DNA from: a virus
Lineage: Duplodnaviria > Caudoviricetes
DNA: 42,496 nucleotides
Strand: one strand, 5' to 3'
Virus record (IMG/VR): IMGVR_UViG_3300020045_002569
Coordinates: 1 to 42,496 of that record
Positions 33,977 through 42,496 of this stretch are shown piece by piece. The translations under genes and the position numbers were made by a program. The notes under the pieces were generated by a model that searched no databases, had not been told where the DNA came from, and was given only the letters and a program-made list of their open reading frames with translations. Every line of letters starts with the position of its first letter. Within the stretch, counting starts at the first letter, position 1.

Positions 33977-35977
33977 TTACATTGTTGCTGTTACTTCTGA
34001 GGGTTGTCCCCTTTGTTTCTTAATTTCTAATTCTTGTTTCCCTTTATCCACTTGTGCTCTTTTCTCTGCAAACATCAATTCTGGACTTGCCTGTATGCCT
34101 ATCTTTTCCAGTAATTGAATCTGTGCGTCAGCTGGCATATCAGCATAATTGATGGATACGTTTGGCGGTTTTTCTTCTTTTTTGTCATTCTGTGGAGCAA
34201 TCTTTTGGATTTCTTCTGGAGAAAGACTGACCGCAGCAATAGGATTGATTTTGTATGTTATTGCGTTTTTAGCTAGGTCTTTAGCGTTATCGTACTGAGC
34301 AATTTCAAGATAATCGACTGGAGAGATGTAACCAGCGGCTACATCATTCTGAGCTTGTTCGAACTTAAATTCATCATCTACTGGTAGAGTCTTACCAGCA
34401 ATAACCTTAATCTCCGAACCAGTTTCAAAGTCGTCTTGGATAAGTTCAATCACTTCACGAGCTCCTTCCTTCCCCATCCATTTAGCGTAGTGGTATTCTG
34501 TGTACCTAGTCTTAGCAAGTTGCATACCCCATGAAAAGACTTCATGAGCAACAAAGTCCATAAGTTGCACCAATTCATTCAAGCGAAGATAAGATTGCTG
34601 GATGAGAGCGAGACGACCTGCTTTTGTTTCTTGACCTTCACGTTCTCCTCGGAAAGCAGAGGACGCAGCCATAATATTGTCAATCTCAGAGCGAGAGTCG
34701 AGCATGTCGTCAAATACCATTTGTGGTAGAGCTTGACCTGTTTCACGAATAACACCGTTTGCTACACCCTTACCCCAGATGATTCCTTTAGTTTCAAAAC
34801 GAATACGCTGTGCATCAGCTTTATTCATTACACTTGCGTCCACCTTTAATACTCCGTTAGCAAGTTCACAGTTTTCATCAATGTCCATCTTGCGCTTGTC
34901 GATACCACGCTGGAGTTCCGAAGAAAGTGTAATCATGTCGGTCCTTCCGATTGGAGAGTTTTCGTTATTTAGAATCGTGCCGAAAATGTATGGCTTGCGA
35001 GGATTATCAAAATAATTAAAGTAGTACGGTTTGTACTTTGGAGGAGTCGGTTCAGTTGGTTGTTCAACGGGCTCTGCTTCTGGAGTTGCGCCGTCAGTTG
35101 GTTCCACTTCTCCTTTCGGTACTGTTTGAATTTGCTGTAATTCTGCTTTGCGAGGCTCTTGCTCAAGTTTTATGGCTTGCATGAAATCTCGACGTGGTTG
35201 TCCTTCCATTTCAGAAAGTTGCTGTTCTTCTTCGTCTGTAATCAATATACCATCCCAGTCCCAGTATGGATTTTTAATCTTACCTAAAATGATGTTGTCT
35301 AGTTTGAAAATAACATAATCTTGAATCCAGGCTTCTTTATATTTTACATCTGGATTTTTGACATAAAGTTGGTCGTCAGTTGTGATGCCAAATTTTTTCA
35401 TCAACTCACCTTTCTGGGTAGGAAATCGCTGTACTACAGCACAAAGATTATCGTCTATCTCCTCAATAGCAAATTCTGATTCTTGTTCTTTGCGAGCATA
35501 CTTTCCTACTCGTAACTTGCGAGGGTCCACTGCACGAAAATCAAAATCATTTATGAGCGGATTCCAGAAAGCCTTGATAACGAGTAAGCGTCCGAAGTAA
35601 AGATTGCGTAAGGCCATGCGAGAAACTTCCTTGATGTTTAAGTCAGTGTATTTCTTGCGGAAAAAGCTCTCAAGTTTTCGTGCAAATTCTTGTGCTTCTT
35701 CGCCATCACGGGCTGGGAGAATATTTAATCCAGGAGGATTAGCAATGAGTGAGTTAATAACCGCTTCAGTATTTACGAAGATGCGGTTAGCTTGAACTTG
35801 ATATTTTTTTCGACGTTCTGGTACGAATTGAAGCCAATTAGCTTTGTTTTCGTAAATCGAAGTGTTGATTGTGTAAGTTTTAGAAACAGTATCCCAAAGT
35901 TCAGAAGAAGAAGACCACCTGGAGTCTACTAGCTCGTTAAGTTGGGTATCATTAAATTTTGAAATGTCAAATTTCAC
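33977..35977 (-). CDS. portal protein (P22-like)
   Basis: 666 aa, GTG start; N.I..N.E...SL..N.P, Q..I.K....I..N, RG.....ET.....L; location after TerL. Confidence 0.85.
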   Translation of the reverse strand: MKFDISKFNDTQLNELVDSRWSSSSELWDTVSKTYTINTSIYENKANWLQFVPERRKKYQVQANRIFVNTEAVINSLIANPPGLNILPARDGEEAQEFARKLESFFRKKYTDLNIKEVSRMALRNLYFGRLLVIKAFWNPLINDFDFRAVDPRKLRVGKYARKEQESEFAIEEIDDNLCAVVQRFPTQKGELMKKFGITTDDQLYVKNPDVKYKEAWIQDYVIFKLDNIILGKIKNPYWDWDGILITDEEEQQLSEMEGQPRRDFMQAIKLEQEPRKAELQQIQTVPKGEVEPTDGATPEAEPVEQPTEPTPPKYKPYYFNYFDNPRKPYIFGTILNNENSPIGRTDMITLSSELQRGIDKRKMDIDENCELANGVLKVDASVMNKADAQRIRFETKGIIWGKGVANGVIRETGQALPQMVFDDMLDSRSEIDNIMAASSAFRGEREGQETKAGRLALIQQSYLRLNELVQLMDFVAHEVFSWGMQLAKTRYTEYHYAKWMGKEGAREVIELIQDDFETGSEIKVIAGKTLPVDDEFKFEQAQNDVAAGYISPVDYLEIAQYDNAKDLAKNAITYKINPIAAVSLSPEEIQKIAPQNDKKEEKPPNVSINYADMPADAQIQLLEKIGIQASPELMFAEKRAQVDKGKQELEIKKQRGQPSEVTATM

Positions 35978-36060
35978 TTTTGTATAAAAATAAACGAATA
36001 TCCCCGATGAGATACTCGCCTTATGTTAAGGGTTGAGCTTATTTAATTACGAACAGACAT

Positions 36061-36111
36061 ATTATAACACAGAGAAAACAAAAAAACAATGCAAGTTATA
36101 TCTGTGGATAA
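36061..36111 (-). promoter_or_regulatory. promoter of the portal/head operon with a DnaA box
   Basis: TTATCCACA (36103-36111), then TTGTTT-17bp-TATAAT with TG extension. Confidence 0.65.
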
Positions 36112-36323
36112 CCCTCATGTTTTCTTGAATACAGGAAATCGGCACGTTGTATTGTTTGCAATACACCATTTTGGTCAAAATGCAGAGAAATAGCCGCATT
36201 TTTCTGCTCAAATACACCTTTTACCAGTAACAATGAGAATAGCTCGTAATGTTTCTGAAAAAGAATAAATTTTTTGACATCTTCATCGGGTAAATACACA
36301 GCAACTTCTATTTTTTTATTCAT
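36096..36323 (-). CDS. hypothetical protein
   Basis: 75 aa, coupled to TerL. Confidence 0.65.
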   Translation of the reverse strand: MNKKIEVAVYLPDEDVKKFILFQKHYELFSLLLVKGVFEQKNAAISLHFDQNGVLQTIQRADFLYSRKHEGYPQI

Positions 36324-37878
36324 TGTTGTCTGAAAATGCTCTACTTACATCATAAATATTGTCCGCACCGAGCACACTTGGTCTATCTGAGGTGGTAGCT
36401 TCACCATAAAACACTCCAGCACCGTTCCCAAGTCTCGCTAAATAGCCATAAAGAGTAGCGAAAACATAGTGGTCCACTCCAGTTGTAGACTGCCAGGTAT
36501 ATCGTTCGATTCCTTTTGAATTGGTCTCTTTTACACGACGTAAAGTCTCAAAATGCTTAATATATTCCAATAAATCTCGGTTCGTCTCTATCCCCAATAG
36601 AAACTTAGCTTCCACCATATCAGTCAACATTCTGTCAATAATACGGTCTCTGTGTGAGTAAACTATACCTTTGCGGTCATCGTCACCCCACCAAACGAGC
36701 ATTTGAGGATTATTCGTGTTCTCTTGAAAGAAGGACATCTGCATAAACGGGTATTTATCAACATAGTATTTCGACATCGTGTTATCAGGCATAGCATCAA
36801 TAACTCCAGCGTTCGGCTTATAAAAAGCCAGTAAATCATCCAATTCTTGCCATTTAGTAAACTTTCCCACTCTGGTTATGCCTTTATCGCTCCAAATCGT
36901 GTACCACTTGATATTTCCCACGTCCACTCCGATGTAAGTATTCGCAGTCGATATATCCCGAGGTGTCCAAATATCAAGAATAGTTCCCCTTGAAACACTC
37001 AAATCACCTGGGTTATATGGTTCACCGAGTACGAAATTATTGAAATATTCTTGGTCGCCTTCGCTATCTTCGATTATTTCCTTAGCGGTTATCTTGGTAG
37101 CAATTAAGTGGGAAAGATGATAGCCAGAAGTCTCGGAACTTGGATTCTGGGGAACCCAGCGTCCACTACGACGTACATCATTCGATATTGGAACCTTGCA
37201 TAAACGACATTGGAACTCTTTTTTTTCTAGGTTTATACTGTCAGGCCACACCATGAAATGTTCTACTTTGCAAGAAGGACAAGTGATACACCACTCGTTC
37301 TGATTGCTTTTGAGCCATTCTTGGTCAAGTAGGTCTTTTTCGGTAGTGGGGTTAGAGAATAGCCAGCGTCCTTTGTAGTCAGATGCTTTAAGACGAGACT
37401 TGTATGTTTCTAGCGCGGGCTGATTAGAGCGAGAGGCTTCATCATGCACGAGCAAGTCGGCACTATTTGAAATTGCTGCTGTTTTAGAGACGGTCCCTTT
37501 GAAGAATAAGAAGCGGTCATTTATTTCTTTACGTTCAATGCTATCAGTGTCCATGCCTTGAAACTCATGGTGATTCGCTTGCAGGATTTTATTGACTTTA
37601 GAGCTTACGAACTCACGCACATCATCATCAGTCGGAAAGGTGTAAATGACGTTGAAGTGTAGGTATTTAATTGCAAAGAGTGTTTTGAGTGTAAAGGTTA
37701 CTGATTTTCCTACCTGTGCACAGGCTTTGACTACAATGCGAGGGTTCCAATCAGTGAGGATGTCGAGGAGAAAAGGATGGTCGTGAAAGTCTAGGGCTTC
37801 GCTCTTTTCACTAACAATCCCACGTTCCGTAATCCACTGGAGAATAGAGACATATTGTTTAGTCTCGTTCTTTGACAT
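36316..37878 (-). CDS. terL: terminase large subunit (lambda GpA family)
   Basis: KACAQVGKS Walker A, LLVHDE Walker B, SNPT, CPSC..CRLC, F.N.VLGEPY, IGVDVG nuclease motif, DHY. Confidence 0.92.
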   Translation of the reverse strand: MSKNETKQYVSILQWITERGIVSEKSEALDFHDHPFLLDILTDWNPRIVVKACAQVGKSVTFTLKTLFAIKYLHFNVIYTFPTDDDVREFVSSKVNKILQANHHEFQGMDTDSIERKEINDRFLFFKGTVSKTAAISNSADLLVHDEASRSNQPALETYKSRLKASDYKGRWLFSNPTTEKDLLDQEWLKSNQNEWCITCPSCKVEHFMVWPDSINLEKKEFQCRLCKVPISNDVRRSGRWVPQNPSSETSGYHLSHLIATKITAKEIIEDSEGDQEYFNNFVLGEPYNPGDLSVSRGTILDIWTPRDISTANTYIGVDVGNIKWYTIWSDKGITRVGKFTKWQELDDLLAFYKPNAGVIDAMPDNTMSKYYVDKYPFMQMSFFQENTNNPQMLVWWGDDDRKGIVYSHRDRIIDRMLTDMVEAKFLLGIETNRDLLEYIKHFETLRRVKETNSKGIERYTWQSTTGVDHYVFATLYGYLARLGNGAGVFYGEATTSDRPSVLGADNIYDVSRAFSDNNE

Positions 37879-39412
37879 CGAATTTAGTCTCCTCTGTAAT
37901 TATTGCTGTCTCCATAGTAAGCAAGTCAGAGGTTATTGCGGTTGCTGATTCGAGAGCTAGGCGTACTACTTTGAATGGGTCAATGATGCCAGTTTCTAGC
38001 ATGTTCAGACGCTCTTTAGTTTTGAAATCTATTCCTGTTCCTAAATCATGCGCCATAATCATATCTCTTGGTATTCCATCCATACCAGCGTTTTTACACA
38101 TTTGTTCGAATGGAGCGAGTAGGGAACGAGTAAACATGGGCTCAGAAATCCTTTGAGCAGTTTCGAAAAGAGCAATACCACCACCAGGTAAAATGCCTTC
38201 TTGCAGAGCAGCTTGGGTAGCGTTGATAGCATTGTCGAATTTGTACTTCTTGGCATGAAATTCTGTATCAGTATACGCACCCACTCGCACCACACCTATC
38301 CCACCAGTCAAGTGAGCAAGACGTTCTTCGAGGATGAGTGTCTGATAGTCGGAAGTAGTAGACTCTAGTTCTTCCTTGATTGCCTGGATACGATTTTCTA
38401 GTTCAGATGATGGACTTCCACCAATCACAGTTGTTGTGTCTTTAGTTACGATAACTTTTTCAGCTCTACCGCAGACTTCTACTCGTGCCGTGTCTAAGCG
38501 CATACCAGTTTCCTCTGAGATGACAGTTGCTCCAGTTAGAACGGCCAGGTCAAATAAAAAGTCTCTCGCTCTTGATGCTGAGTACGGATTGCGGACACAA
38601 GCTATCTTGGCGATGCCTCTGACTGAATTTGTAGCCAGAGTCCCGAGAGCCACAGAGTCCACATCATCAGCCACAAAAAGAATGTTCTTACCAGTACCGA
38701 TTGATTCTAAGAGACCGATAACTTGCTCATTCGTACTCACCTTGCGGTCCACTAAAACGATGTAAACATCTTCGAGTACAACACGCTGGTTCGCTGGGTC
38801 ATTGACAAAGTACGGAGAAATGAAACCCTTATCAAAGCGAGCACCTTTGACTATTTCTTTCGAGTAGCCGAGTTTCGAACCTTTTTCGACTGTGATGACT
38901 CCGTTGATGCCAACTTCTTTGATGATTTCTGCGATGATTTTGGCGACTTCTGGGTCAAGACTTGAGATGGTTGCGATGCGCTCAATATCATCTTCTGAAA
39001 CATCTCGTTTAAGTTTTCCAAGTTCTTGAAGTGTATCTCTGAGACCTGTTGAAAGTCTATCGGAAACTTCACGGATACGGGAGCTATCATTGGCAATCTC
39101 CTTGAAAGCAGATTCGACAAGAGCTTGTGTGAGGACAGTAGTTGTTGCTGTACCATCACCGCCCTCTGTTGAAGTTCGGAGAGCTGCTTTTCTGAGCATT
39201 TGTAGACCAAGATTTTCATATTTGTTCTTAAATTCTAAGTTTTTTAATATTGTTACACCATCGTCGCACTTTATCGGGTCAAGTCCTGGAACTTCGATAA
39301 GTGCCGTCATGCCTACGGGACCGAGAGTAGGTCGCACAGCATCACAAGCCTTATCTATGCCAGCCTTGACTTTCAATCGTGCTTCGTGTCCTTTTGATAT
39401 TTCTTTATTCAT
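37859..39412 (-). CDS. groEL: group I chaperonin GroEL (copy B)
   Basis: TLGPVG, DDGVTI, GDGTATT, GVITVE, G.RFDKGFISPYFV, ERLA.L.GG.GV.RVGA, GIIDP.KV.R.ALE.A; no GGM tail. Confidence 0.96.
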   Translation of the reverse strand: MNKEISKGHEARLKVKAGIDKACDAVRPTLGPVGMTALIEVPGLDPIKCDDGVTILKNLEFKNKYENLGLQMLRKAALRTSTEGGDGTATTTVLTQALVESAFKEIANDSSRIREVSDRLSTGLRDTLQELGKLKRDVSEDDIERIATISSLDPEVAKIIAEIIKEVGINGVITVEKGSKLGYSKEIVKGARFDKGFISPYFVNDPANQRVVLEDVYIVLVDRKVSTNEQVIGLLESIGTGKNILFVADDVDSVALGTLATNSVRGIAKIACVRNPYSASRARDFLFDLAVLTGATVISEETGMRLDTARVEVCGRAEKVIVTKDTTTVIGGSPSSELENRIQAIKEELESTTSDYQTLILEERLAHLTGGIGVVRVGAYTDTEFHAKKYKFDNAINATQAALQEGILPGGGIALFETAQRISEPMFTRSLLAPFEQMCKNAGMDGIPRDMIMAHDLGTGIDFKTKERLNMLETGIIDPFKVVRLALESATAITSDLLTMETAIITEETKFDVKERD

Positions 39413-39413
39413 A

Positions 39414-39680
39414 CTATAAAACAGCTAAAATGTCATCGGCTCTAATAAACTTATACTTCTTACCTTCGTGTTCCACTTCATGAGTATCAGGTGAATACTT
39501 AGCAAAAATTACAACATCTCCGATTGATAACGGATGATTGTCAACATAGAGTGGCACATCGGGTCGCAAGACAATCTTACCTTTGTAGACAAAGTTATCT
39601 TGCACTTCGACTGTCTGGAAACCTTCTTTTTTTACTTCTTCGAGCCGTTCGACGGCTACATATCGTGATGATATTTTCAT
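39414..39680 (-). CDS. groES: co-chaperonin GroES-like
   Basis: V.VER.E...G, GKIV, GDVVIFAKYS...EVE.EG.KY....DDILAV; adjacent to GroEL. Confidence 0.9.
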   Translation of the reverse strand: MKISSRYVAVERLEEVKKEGFQTVEVQDNFVYKGKIVLRPDVPLYVDNHPLSIGDVVIFAKYSPDTHEVEHEGKKYKFIRADDILAVL

Positions 39681-40141
39681 TTATTTATTGTTATTAGTCC
39701 TCTATCCCAACGACTATGACACTTTGCACATAATCGTATCCAATCTGTCACGTCCTTTTTATATAATTTTGATATATTAGCCCAATGATAATCTTTAGTC
39801 GCTCTTGTTCCATCGTTACAATTACTGCATAAATTTGGCTTACCAATCTGTCTTCGCACCCATTTATGCAATCTTACATAACCAATCCTATCCAAACTCC
39901 AATCTATCGTATTTTCATTTCGTCTCTTAACACCAAACATCGGATTCTTGGCACCAATTTTAGACAAACTTAGTTTTGCTCTGTGCGTGGCCGAAAGTTT
40001 TTTTCCCAACCACACAGTATTCCCCTTCTTGAATCCACCAGTATGACTATTCGGATGCTTTCCCCTAGGATATTTGATTCTATCGCGGTTTTCCATACAA
40101 TAAATTATATCCTGTTTCAAATGGTTGAATAATAGAGTCAC
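39677..40141 (-). CDS. NUMOD3/HNH homing-endonuclease-like protein (start uncertain)
   Basis: GKKLS..HR.KLS..K.G.KNPMFG; GY..LH.WV....GKP..C..C...WAN.......W..LC..CH. Confidence 0.8.
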   Translation of the reverse strand: MTLLFNHLKQDIIYCMENRDRIKYPRGKHPNSHTGGFKKGNTVWLGKKLSATHRAKLSLSKIGAKNPMFGVKRRNENTIDWSLDRIGYVRLHKWVRRQIGKPNLCSNCNDGTRATKDYHWANISKLYKKDVTDWIRLCAKCHSRWDRGLITINK

Positions 40142-40544
40142 TGAATTTCCCTCTATCTCGGAACACAGCCTTTGAGCGGTAAAAGTAGTAGTCTTTGTGC
40201 TTGTCTGTAATCAAGCGAGAGCACCAGTGGCCTTTGAAACATTTGGTCTTATAGAAAGCGATGTTCTGAGTAGGATTCGTCCAGTCTACTTCGGTCTGCT
40301 TGATGGCTTGGCCGACAAAATCATCTCCGCAAGTCGTACAGTAGAAATCATGTGCGACTAGAATGGCGTTATCTTTGATAGTTCCATCTCGTTCTTCTTT
40401 AGCTTTGGCACGATTCTGATAATCAATGCGGTCTTGGGTACGTTTCTCTTGTCGCTCGATAAGCTCTCGGATGTGATAGTGATTTTCTATCTCGGGATGT
40501 GGCGTGTGGTCAAGATTCATAAGTTCTTTATTCTTTCGTACCAA
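40080..40544 (-). CDS. hypothetical Zn-binding protein
   Basis: FYCTTC...C..GHW. Confidence 0.7.
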   Translation of the reverse strand: MVRKNKELMNLDHTPHPEIENHYHIRELIERQEKRTQDRIDYQNRAKAKEERDGTIKDNAILVAHDFYCTTCGDDFVGQAIKQTEVDWTNPTQNIAFYKTKCFKGHWCSRLITDKHKDYYFYRSKAVFRDRGKFSDSIIQPFETGYNLLYGKPR

Positions 40545-40735
40545 GAAGCAGTCCCATCATCTTCCCGTTGTTGCTGGAGATATTCTTCGCTAGTACCTTC
40601 ACTAATAAAGACAGCTTTCCCATCACCAGAGTCAGGTATGACAGATAACTGCTCAGGCGTTAGATTTTCTAGGACTTTTAGAGCTTGCGGGTCTTTTTTT
40701 GACAATTCCCACAGCTTCTTTATTCTCTTGAACAT
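40517..40735 (-). CDS. hypothetical protein
   Basis: 72 aa, overlaps the TerS 3' end. Confidence 0.55.
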   Translation of the reverse strand: MFKRIKKLWELSKKDPQALKVLENLTPEQLSVIPDSGDGKAVFISEGTSEEYLQQQREDDGTASWYERIKNL

Positions 40736-41159
40736 TTGGATTTATTAGTCTAGCTTTTAGTTTTTCTTCGAACTCTTTTACGCTTGCTTGAGTCTCTGCG
40801 TTAAAGATGAAGTTGTAAGTTGTCTGAGATTGAGATTTAGGAGGTTCTTCATCCCTACGCACCATTCCTAAAACTTCTGCACCGAGTTTCAATTCTTGGA
40901 TTCTGTTCTGAGGTTTTTCTTTTATATCTTCTACAAGAGCAGTCGTTATCAATTCTTCTGTGAGTCCAAGTTCAGCGAGAGCAAGTTTGAAACCAGTTGA
41001 TTCAATGATTCTTTTCGGGTCTTGTATGATTTTATTGTATCCAACATTCTCCAACACTTGTCCAGTCGGGAGAGGCTTATCTTTACTAAGGTTCTCCACT
41101 ATTGCCCTAGCAGCTTTACGCTGTTTCGGAGTCGGATTTCGTTTCGGGGTTTTCTCCAT
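40653..41159 (-). CDS. terminase small subunit (probable)
   Basis: PTPKQRKA....G..L..VGY HTH-like N-terminus; upstream of TerL. Confidence 0.7.
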   Translation of the reverse strand: MEKTPKRNPTPKQRKAARAIVENLSKDKPLPTGQVLENVGYNKIIQDPKRIIESTGFKLALAELGLTEELITTALVEDIKEKPQNRIQELKLGAEVLGMVRRDEEPPKSQSQTTYNFIFNAETQASVKEFEEKLKARLINPNVQENKEAVGIVKKRPASSKSPRKSNA

Positions 41160-41343
41160 TGGATGTTAAGAAAGGCGAGGGAACCAAGCCATCTGGATTT
41201 GCTGGAGATTCCTCTACGCGTTTCATTATGTTTATTTGACTAGATACGCCTATTTCAGCGTTATATTTTTCTAAGACTTTGGTGATTTCTTCCGTGAGGT
41301 CCTTAGCTTCTTCGGGGGAAAGGTCTTCGAGTTTGTAATTCAT
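41116..41343 (-). CDS. hypothetical protein
   Basis: 75 aa. Confidence 0.6.
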   Translation of the reverse strand: MNYKLEDLSPEEAKDLTEEITKVLEKYNAEIGVSSQINIMKRVEESPANPDGLVPSPFLTSNGENPETKSDSETA

Positions 41344-41726
41344 AAGAGAGATATTACATGGTCTATCATTTCGACTTCTCCGACCTTTGGGTTATAAGTA
41401 GTCTTTTCAATAATGGGTTTTAGAGATTCTGGAGCGGAGAGTTCTACTTTTTCATTCAAAAGGGTTGTGAGTTCACCGTTTAACTCATCTAGTTTTTCTG
41501 GTGCGAAATAGTATTTGTTATCAGTTAAGTCAATAATGCCGTCTTCTTTGCGCGTAGCGTAGGTCTCGTATATTTTCTTACGGTCTGCGTAGAATATTTC
41601 AAGGACGTCGCCAAGAGTTTTCATAAATCCATCTCTAGTGCGAGATTCGGCCAAAGATAATATTCCTTCGGTTCCCTTGAGCGTTAAATAAAAGACTTCT
41701 AAATATTTCTTTTCAAGTTGTAACAT
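41340..41726 (-). CDS. hypothetical protein
   Basis: 128 aa, first gene after the 41760 promoter. Confidence 0.7.
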   Translation of the reverse strand: MLQLEKKYLEVFYLTLKGTEGILSLAESRTRDGFMKTLGDVLEIFYADRKKIYETYATRKEDGIIDLTDNKYYFAPEKLDELNGELTTLLNEKVELSAPESLKPIIEKTTYNPKVGEVEMIDHVISLL

Positions 41727-41759
41727 TCTTGTGTAAAGATTATGTTGTTAATTATGTAA

Positions 41760-41798
41760 ATTATACTACAGATTGTCTGTTTGGTACACTGTGGATTA
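41760..41798 (-). promoter_or_regulatory. promoter of the packaging/chaperonin operon
   Basis: TAATCCACA (DnaA-like)-1bp-TGTACC-17bp-TATAAT. Confidence 0.6.
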
Positions 41799-41937
41799 CT
41801 TTAACATCTCTAATACAACATCTAAATTCACACTCTTTACGAATTGCGAGATAATACGGTTCGGGAATTGCTATTACCCATTCACCTTTTAGGTTTTGCG
41901 TTTTAGTTACTGTTTTTAGTGTGTTTCCTGTAGGCAT
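41761..41937 (-). CDS. small ORF (58 aa), possibly a recombinant remnant
   Basis: MPTGNTLKTVTKTQNLKGEWVIAIPEPYY...; 3' part contains out-of-frame homology to the end of 2305-2613. Confidence 0.45.
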   Translation of the reverse strand: MPTGNTLKTVTKTQNLKGEWVIAIPEPYYLAIRKECEFRCCIRDVKVIHSVPNRQSVV

Positions 41938-41938
41938 A

Positions 41939-42199
41939 TTATTTATTCTTGGTTGATAATTTTGTATGTTTGCAAGGATGGCAACCGCAATAACATCTGC
42001 AAGTTTTACATCTTCTTTCTTTGCGGATAGATTCTAGTCTTTCTTGTTCTTGCTGTTCAATATATTTTTTAACCTTTTCTTCCCCATAAGCATACTTTTC
42101 TTCCCAGAGTTCTGCTTCTGATTTAACACTTTCCTTAGGAATAAAAACCCTACCTGCAATAACTATTTTTTCAACGACTTCAAGTTTATCTTCGTCCAT
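41939..42199 (-). CDS. hypothetical Cys-rich protein
   Basis: CKTCRCYCGCHPC. Confidence 0.6.
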   Translation of the reverse strand: MDEDKLEVVEKIVIAGRVFIPKESVKSEAELWEEKYAYGEEKVKKYIEQQEQERLESIRKERRCKTCRCYCGCHPCKHTKLSTKNK

Positions 42200-42201
42200 C
42201 T

Positions 42202-42381
42202 TTATTCTTGGTTAGGGAGTAATAAATCGTCAATTAACTTGTCTATGTGATGAATCCCCGACCTTTTGCCACAACCCGTGCAAAGAAAGCTCATCATTAA
42301 TTTTTCGCCCTCATAAAAAGCATCTGGTTTTCCGTAATTCCAGCCAAACAAATGAGCAATTTTATGTAGTATCCATTTCAT
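42202..42381 (-). CDS. small Zn-binding protein (59 aa; not in the ORF track)
   Basis: MKWILHKIAHLFGWNYG...CTGCGKRSG...LLLPNQE; occupies the same slot as the methyltransferase. Confidence 0.65.
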   Translation of the reverse strand: MKWILHKIAHLFGWNYGKPDAFYEGEKLMMSFLCTGCGKRSGIHHIDKLIDDLLLPNQE

Positions 42382-42496
42382 ATCTCTCTTTATTCTCCAT
42401 TAATTTTTTCCTTAATAAGTTTTATCACTGCTTCCCATCCTTTTCGCAAGCCATTCATTTCAGCAATCAATCCTGCGGGCATCTCTGTAATGTCTA
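42376..42496. repeat. 121-bp direct repeat, copy 2 (runs to the window end)
   Basis: identical to 3217-3337. Confidence 0.97.

Noticed and set aside
1263-41243. Numerous + strand ORFs in the track (e.g. 1330-1839, 15083-15637, 18499-18984, 31070-31504)
   Set aside because: Antisense shadows of minus-strand genes with no recognisable motifs
1-42496. Alternative genetic code or stop-codon recoding
   Set aside because: Long conserved genes are intact in the standard code, and TAA, TAG and TGA all end genes at tight junctions

Overview
The window is almost entirely one tailed dsDNA phage with a podovirus-like gene set (no tape measure, two large ejection-type proteins), and essentially all genes are on the minus strand. 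In transcription order (42.4 kb down to 3.2 kb) it carries small terminase, HNH endonuclease, GroES, GroEL, GpA-type large terminase, portal, scaffold, major capsid, decoration/fibre genes, a GT2 glycosyltransferase, holin, tail/adaptor proteins, ejection proteins, early genes, lysis genes, an ERF/exonuclease/SSB recombination module, a replication initiator and nin-like genes. The last 121 bp (42376-42496) are identical to 3217-3337. This implies a 39,159-bp circular unit, with 1-3216 looking like an alternative allele of the 37.9-42.4 kb locus that carries a second, divergent GroEL. No integrase, tRNA, CRISPR or reverse transcriptase was recognised. A-rich starts without obvious Shine-Dalgarno motifs, together with sigma70-type promoters, suggest a Patescibacteria/CPR-like host (inference). 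Highlights: (1) a probable virion-ejected protein ending in a RelA/SpoT-type synthetase domain, followed by a small immunity-like gene and a small structured RNA with its own promoter and terminator; (2) chaperonins inside the packaging operon, one with Asn at the catalytic Asp398 position; (3) promoters with a DnaA box exactly 6 bp upstream of the -35; (4) several intergenic pseudoknotted or multibranch RNA candidates. All family calls come from motif recognition by eye, not from database searches.
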